A DNA stretch of 55,431 bases from a virus (lineage: Duplodnaviria > Caudoviricetes), in the IMG/VR virus record IMGVR_UViG_3300007523_000015, positions 1 through 55,431 of that record. The stretch is one strand, 5' to 3'. Of this stretch, positions 51,312 to 55,431 are shown in pieces (position 1 is the stretch's first letter; each line of letters starts with the position of its first letter). Made by a program: the position numbers and the translations under genes. The notes beneath the pieces were generated by a model. That model did no database searches. It was not told the origin of the DNA and saw only the letters and a program-made list of their open reading frames with translations.

Positions 51312-51728
51312 ATGGGTCGTCCAATAAAAAAATCAAATTTCGGAGTATCCGCAACCGCAGGTAATCAAATCGTAGTTGACGGTGTTATGTTTGCAGATGG
51401 CACAACTGCCACAGGTGCTTACATTGTTAAGCAAACAGGTTCCGAAGCTTACGTAGTGAGCAATGGAACAAAGGCAGAAATCTGTTTCATGGTAAATGCA
51501 GATGGACTCGGTGCTTTGCTACCAGGACAATGCTATATCACAGCAACACCATTCGGCGGTGTTGCTTTACCGTGCGAAACAATCGCTCAGTATCGTGTAT
51601 CAGTTTATGAAGTACCAAATTCGGTACCAAGAGAAGTCGGTGATCCAGCAGTTTCACCAGTCGGCAACTATAGCTGGTCAACTCAGCCTGCTGCTGCAAA
51701 AGGTCAAGCAGATTTGAACTTGGCATAA
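51312..51728 (+). CDS. Putative virion structural protein
   Basis: Start MGRPIKK at 51312 with AAGGAG SD; GATAAATA at 51263-51270. Confidence 0.55.
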   Translation: MGRPIKKSNFGVSATAGNQIVVDGVMFADGTTATGAYIVKQTGSEAYVVSNGTKAEICFMVNADGLGALLPGQCYITATPFGGVALPCETIAQYRVSVYEVPNSVPREVGDPAVSPVGNYSWSTQPAAAKGQADLNLA

Positions 51729-51741
51729 GAAACTTTAATCA

Positions 51742-51766
51742 AGACAAAGCACTAAGTGCTTTGTCT
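51742..51766 (+). terminator. Hairpin terminator between convergent units
   Basis: AGACAAAGCAC/GTGCTTTGTCT. Confidence 0.55.
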
Positions 51767-51851
51767 ATTCGTACCTCTAGTGGGAAACCACATTCGGTAC
51801 CATTCGTGCAATTCTAAATCCATAATAGAAGAAATAAAACAGTTAGTGGGA

Positions 51852-51927
51852 TGGTCGGACCGACAGGACTCGAACCTGCATACAAATAGTTTAGGAAACT
51901 ACTGTTCATCCTTTGAACTACGGTCCG
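51852..51927 (-). tRNA. tRNA-Arg(CCT)
   Basis: Cloverleaf; anticodon loop TTCCTAA; TTCGA; encoded CCA. Confidence 0.9.
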
Positions 51928-51991
51928 CTATTTCTGACACGACCTGTCTTCGAGGCAGGCTTGCACCCCGTGCAATTAATCTTCCTAATTC

Positions 51992-52162
51992 TTATCTACG
52001 ATCGTCGTGCTCTCGACCTTTGTCGTATAACGTTTCTCTGTCCCAGCTTCGTTTCTTTTCTTTAACTGGTTCAACTTTCTTAAATTTTCGATTGCTGCGA
52101 GAATAGTCACGATCGTTATCGCTAAAATCAAAGTCTCCGTCATACTGCGATTTCTTATCCAT
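51992..52162 (-). CDS. Small charged hypothetical protein (56 aa)
   Basis: Hand translation MDKKSQYDGDFDFSDNDRDY... Confidence 0.4.
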   Translation of the reverse strand: MDKKSQYDGDFDFSDNDRDYSRSNRKFKKVEPVKEKKRSWDRETLYDKGREHDDRR

Positions 52163-52166
52163 ATTC

Positions 52167-52403
52167 CTAATTAGTCTTTGCTAACTCCTGTTGTAATCCA
52201 CTAAATCCGCCCGGTACAAGTAATCCATCCTTAAAAATTTGAGGAATGGACTTTACCTTGGCACCTAATTTTTCTTCTAACTTTACTAAATTCTTTTCAT
52301 CATCTACATCAAAATATACATAATCAACTAACTTCGTCTTACAAAGCAACTCTGCTTTTTTACAATAAGAACACCATTCCGCACCATATATTTCAATATT
52401 CAT
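52167..52403 (-). CDS. Glutaredoxin
   Basis: WCSYC, SIPQIF, GGF. Confidence 0.88.
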   Translation of the reverse strand: MNIEIYGAEWCSYCKKAELLCKTKLVDYVYFDVDDEKNLVKLEEKLGAKVKSIPQIFKDGLLVPGGFSGLQQELAKTN

Positions 52404-52480
52404 AGTAATTACTCCTTAATAGAGTATTACTTATCTGGTTATCTGTATATGTAAAAGTATATAGATATTAACAAAAAGAG

Positions 52481-52693
52481 TCAATCAATAATAGACATGA
52501 ATTCTAAATGACCGTCTGGATATTCAAAGATTCCTATTGTCTCTATTGTCTGCCCGTTGTTTTGATACTGCCTCGGTATTTGGGACACTCTTAACACAAT
52601 AACATTTTTCCTGTAGGTTTCGGTTATTTTTATTATTGTTCCCTTGAACCCTTCAAAGCTTATCTTGCCACCTTCTTTAAAATACGTTGCCAT
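52481..52693 (-). CDS. Hypothetical protein
   Basis: 70 aa with AGGA SD. Confidence 0.45.
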   Translation of the reverse strand: MATYFKEGGKISFEGFKGTIIKITETYRKNVIVLRVSQIPRQYQNNGQTIETIGIFEYPDGHLEFMSIID

Positions 52694-52708
52694 AAAATCC
52701 TATTGTAT

Positions 52709-52783
52709 TGGTGCACCTAACAGGAATCGAACCTGTAACATTGCCTTCGGAGGGCGGTATGATATCCATTCCACCATAGGCGC
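52709..52783 (-). tRNA. tRNA-Arg(CCG)
   Basis: Cloverleaf; loop CTCCGAA; TTCGA; CCA. Confidence 0.85.
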
Positions 52784-52787
52784 TTTC

Positions 52788-52861
52788 TGGTGCTGGTTGA
52801 CAGAATCAGACTGTCGTTCTTGCGTTACGAGGGCAATGTAATGTCACTATACTAAACCAGC
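52788..52861 (-). tRNA. tRNA-Thr(CGT), atypical T-loop
   Basis: Acceptor GCTGGTT/AACCAGC, loop CTCGTAA, T-loop TCTGATT, CCA. Confidence 0.7.
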
Positions 52862-52866
52862 TTTCA

Positions 52867-53112
52867 TTATTTATCGACCCTGCTTGCAGCTATCATTCTT
52901 GCTGCTATCTCTTCTGCTATTTGTTCGCTTGTTTTTCCGCCACGCTTGTTAAGTTTCTTCAGTTGTTCCTTAATCCAAAATGGAAAATGCGTACCAGTTA
53001 GTTCATCTATCTGGTCATCCGAATATTGATCAATCTTATCCAAAACTGCTTGCAGCTCTGGCTTCTTTTTCATCTTTCGAAAAAATGTATCTTTATTATG
53101 GAAACTTCTCAT
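52867..53112 (-). CDS. Hypothetical protein
   Basis: 81-aa coupled ORF. Confidence 0.45.
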   Translation of the reverse strand: MRSFHNKDTFFRKMKKKPELQAVLDKIDQYSDDQIDELTGTHFPFWIKEQLKKLNKRGGKTSEQIAEEIAARMIAASRVDK

Positions 53113-53579
53113 CGTCTTATTTTTGTCTTATCATAGTCAAATAGACAAGCTACCTTCCCATACGAATTTGCAAAAGAATGTCTCCTGACCATATCTTCGT
53201 GTGTATAGAGATACAACTCATCCTCGAATACAAATATTATGTACAAGCCGTCCAGCCCCATTAATTCTACTGTTTTCATATAGTGGTCGAACTTGTAACT
53301 ATCTACAGTAAAGTATCTACCACCTTCTATAAAATATGCGCTAGTTTTTGCTTTTACATCGACTGCATGCTTGCCCTTAAACCTGTCATATATAATGAAA
53401 TCTGGCAGAATTACACTACCACTAGTTCCTTCTAGTCTCGGACCAGTACCTTCTTTCCTTGTCTGATATCTTGTATCTTGTACGTAGCTGTAAATAGACT
53501 TCAACCAAGCATAAACAATATCTTCGGCTTTGGTCCCGACTTCCAACGCTGCTTCAAACGTTTCTTTATCGGATCTCAT
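53109..53579 (-). CDS. PD-(D/E)XK nuclease-like protein
   Basis: G..AE...LPDF...AVDVKAK. Confidence 0.55.
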   Translation of the reverse strand: MRSDKETFEAALEVGTKAEDIVYAWLKSIYSYVQDTRYQTRKEGTGPRLEGTSGSVILPDFIIYDRFKGKHAVDVKAKTSAYFIEGGRYFTVDSYKFDHYMKTVELMGLDGLYIIFVFEDELYLYTHEDMVRRHSFANSYGKVACLFDYDKTKIRR

Positions 53580-54039
53580 CTCTAACTCGCATTAAGCATT
53601 TTCCTAACAAATTCTTACCAAGCCATTGCGATTGATCTAGTGCTCTATGATCCGATTCTTCTAAACCAATTCCCCATATTTTATCATACGGGCTTGCTTC
53701 GACAATAATTTTGTCACCGGTGTCCAACAGAGTATTTAAACAATATTCATTTTGCAAGAATTTCGACTTTAGGCCCGGAATCATTAACCCCTCGCATTCT
53801 GCCATCCATGTTGCATCGTCATAACCCCGAACCTGTCTTCCTAAGAATTTTTGTTTTCGTGGTTCGCGTTGTTCCATGATCATTTCAGCTACATCGAAGT
53901 CTTTGAACAATCGAGCCTTCATATACATCATATATTGTTCACTGCAATTGTATTGATTGCCGCTGTGTGCAAACGGACTCATATACCAATTCGAAAACGG
54001 ATTTAATGACCGGTAAAAGAATACAAAGTTATGTGTCAT
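53566..54039 (-). CDS. NADAR (YbiA-like) hydrolase
   Basis: FSNWY, SEQYMMYMKA, LGRQV, EASPYDKIWGIG, G.NLLG; real start MTHNF at 54039. Confidence 0.9.
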   Translation of the reverse strand: MTHNFVFFYRSLNPFSNWYMSPFAHSGNQYNCSEQYMMYMKARLFKDFDVAEMIMEQREPRKQKFLGRQVRGYDDATWMAECEGLMIPGLKSKFLQNEYCLNTLLDTGDKIIVEASPYDKIWGIGLEESDHRALDQSQWLGKNLLGKCLMRVRDEIR

Positions 54040-54057
54040 GTGATATTTTAATGTTGT

Positions 54058-54129
54058 TGGTACCCCTGGAAGGATTCGAACCCTCAGTCCCGAGCTTAGA
54101 AGGCTCAGACCCAATCCATTGGCAGGGAT
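54058..54129 (-). tRNA. tRNA-Arg(TCT), short D-arm
   Basis: Loop CTTCTAA; TTCGAAT; CCA; only 72 nt. Confidence 0.75.
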
Positions 54130-54134
54130 ATATT

Positions 54135-54209
54135 TGGTGCGTAATGAGAGATTCGAACTCCCGACTACTGACAAGTCAAATCAGTACTCTACCACTGAGT
54201 TAATTACGC
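54135..54209 (-). tRNA. tRNA-Val(GAC)
   Basis: Cloverleaf; loop TTGACTT; TTCGAAT; CCA. Confidence 0.85.
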
Positions 54210-54385
54210 TATTTTTCTAATCTAATTTTAGAAACTTGCTGTAAGAATTCCCAAGCTTCTTCTGTTTTATTCTGTGCTATCAGACCTTTCATATGTATCT
54301 TTTGTTCAGGTGTTGCCACTTGATAGAATCTGGCCATTTCCATCATGCCTAAGTTTCCTGGGTAATTTAATTCTGATATTTTCAT
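54209..54385 (-). CDS. Small hypothetical protein (58 aa, MKISEL start)
   Basis: Hand translation MKISELNYPGNLGMMEMARFYQ...; ATGA-coupled to the KTSC gene. Confidence 0.5.
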   Translation of the reverse strand: MKISELNYPGNLGMMEMARFYQVATPEQKIHMKGLIAQNKTEEAWEFLQQVSKIRLEK

Positions 54386-54612
54386 TTTATTCTACGTATC
54401 TGATATTCGTCTTTTATAAAATTATGAAAATATGTTCCTTTGGAGCCAGAGTTTACCCATTTCTCAAAACCCGTTCTAGTTATTCCCGGAATAGAAAATG
54501 TTCTTCCATTTGACAGTCTCATTGTAACCGTCCTGTTTGGACGGTTATGTATTAAATCAGATATCCAGGTAGACTGGACAGGCTTCTCATTTAATAATTC
54601 AAATGCTCTCAT
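54382..54612 (-). CDS. KTSC-domain protein
   Basis: PVQSTWIS...SGSKGTYFHNFIK. Confidence 0.7.
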   Translation of the reverse strand: MRAFELLNEKPVQSTWISDLIHNRPNRTVTMRLSNGRTFSIPGITRTGFEKWVNSGSKGTYFHNFIKDEYQIRRIK

Positions 54613-55075
54613 TTCTTAAATACTCGATAAATCTATAGTTATATGTTTCATTATTACTTTCCACTATACTATTTATCATCCATTTTGTCAAGTCTATCTC
54701 GGGGAAAAATACATCAGCTTCAAATTCTGCATCCACATGCGTTATGACTAATTTAGTAGCTTTCTCCATTGTTTGTTTATATATAGACGCTCCACCGATA
54801 ATAACTATTTCCGGATAACAATGCTCGATAGATAATGCACTTTCAACACTATCAGCTCTTATTAAGTGACACGGTAACTCTATCGAGGAAACTATTATAT
54901 TCTTTCTGCCTGGGAGGGTTTTGCCAATGCTAAGGAATGTATTCCTTCCCATCACCACAACTTTACCCATGGTATATTCTTTAAAATGAACCATATCTTC
55001 GGGAATATCCCAGAGTAAATGGTTTCTGAATCCCAATTCTCTATTTTTACCTATTGCTGCAATTAAAGTTATCAT
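54599..55075 (-). CDS. frd: Dihydrofolate reductase
   Basis: LLWDIPEDMVHFK, VMGRNT, LPGRKNI, IIGGASIY, ADVFFP. Confidence 0.93.
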   Translation of the reverse strand: MITLIAAIGKNRELGFRNHLLWDIPEDMVHFKEYTMGKVVVMGRNTFLSIGKTLPGRKNIIVSSIELPCHLIRADSVESALSIEHCYPEIVIIGGASIYKQTMEKATKLVITHVDAEFEADVFFPEIDLTKWMINSIVESNNETYNYRFIEYLRNESI

Positions 55076-55239
55076 CGTGATATATGAGATATTTATCCTA
55101 AAACATGAATAAAATTAGCATCACTTCTGTGCTGTAAATATCCTATCATAAATTTATCTGTCTGTAATCATACGCACTATTGCAGTATAACATAGTTGCC
55201 AATTAATAACAACGATTTTTTAGCCAATTATGTTATTAT

Positions 55240-55431
55240 TTACACCGCTATAATTTCAATATTTGGTTCGATTGTTTGTACTAAGTTCTCAATAGCTCGT
55301 AGTGTACCAGCAGTAGAGCTCGGACAGGTGCCGCACGCGCCCTGGTAGTGCACGCTGAGCTGGTTGCCGTTGAGACCGACTACGTGGAGGTCGCCGCCGT
55401 CGCTTTTCAGGTAAGGGCGAATCTGCTCGTC
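55240..55431 (-). CDS. NifU/NfuA C-terminal Fe-S scaffold domain, 5'-truncated by the window edge
   Basis: Hand translation DEQIRPYLKSDGGDLHVVGL...YQGACGTCPSSTAGTL. Confidence 0.85.
   Translation of the reverse strand, partial: DEQIRPYLKSDGGDLHVVGLNGNQLSVHYQGACGTCPSSTAGTLRAIENLVQTIEPNIEIIAV

Noticed and set aside
54040-54174. N-terminal extension of the NADAR ORF in the track
   Set aside because: Overlaps two tRNA genes; the ATG at 54039 fits the domain start
1650-54513. Many plus-strand ORFs in the track (e.g. 1650, 10274, 13122, 22485, 25149, 49952)
   Set aside because: Antisense shadows of well-supported minus-strand genes, with no motifs or SD
1-55431. Alternative genetic code (stop-codon reassignment)
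   Set aside because: Core genes are full length in the standard code; gene splits are explained by inteins or frameshifts; no suppressor tRNA seen

Overview
AT-rich window from a large T4-related (jumbo-type) myophage genome, almost all on the minus strand. It holds a replication/recombination block (primase, gp41 helicase, UvsW, UvsX, UvsY, gp32 SSB, clamp-loader-like subunit, a miniature DnaE-like polymerase) and a morphogenesis block (large terminase, gp4 head completion, tail tube, tail sheath, gp13 neck). It also holds rIIA/rIIB, dNMP kinase, DHFR, glutaredoxin, NADAR, five tRNAs and about 11 intact or decayed homing endonuclease genes. Most notable: both helicases are fractured genes rejoined by naturally split inteins. 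The gp41 halves flank a free-standing endonuclease; UvsW is split inside its DECH motif, with only an apparent remnant of an intervening ORF. Other points: a set of ORFs sharing an N-terminal tag like the T4 capsid-targeting sequence (including an ART-like repeat protein and a kinase), a ligase-like plus Pol-beta NTase pair, two structured non-coding RNA candidates, a GATAAATA late-promoter motif that often overlaps 'DK-stop', and a GC-mosaic NifU/NfuA gene at the right edge. All calls rest on motif recognition by eye; no searches were run.
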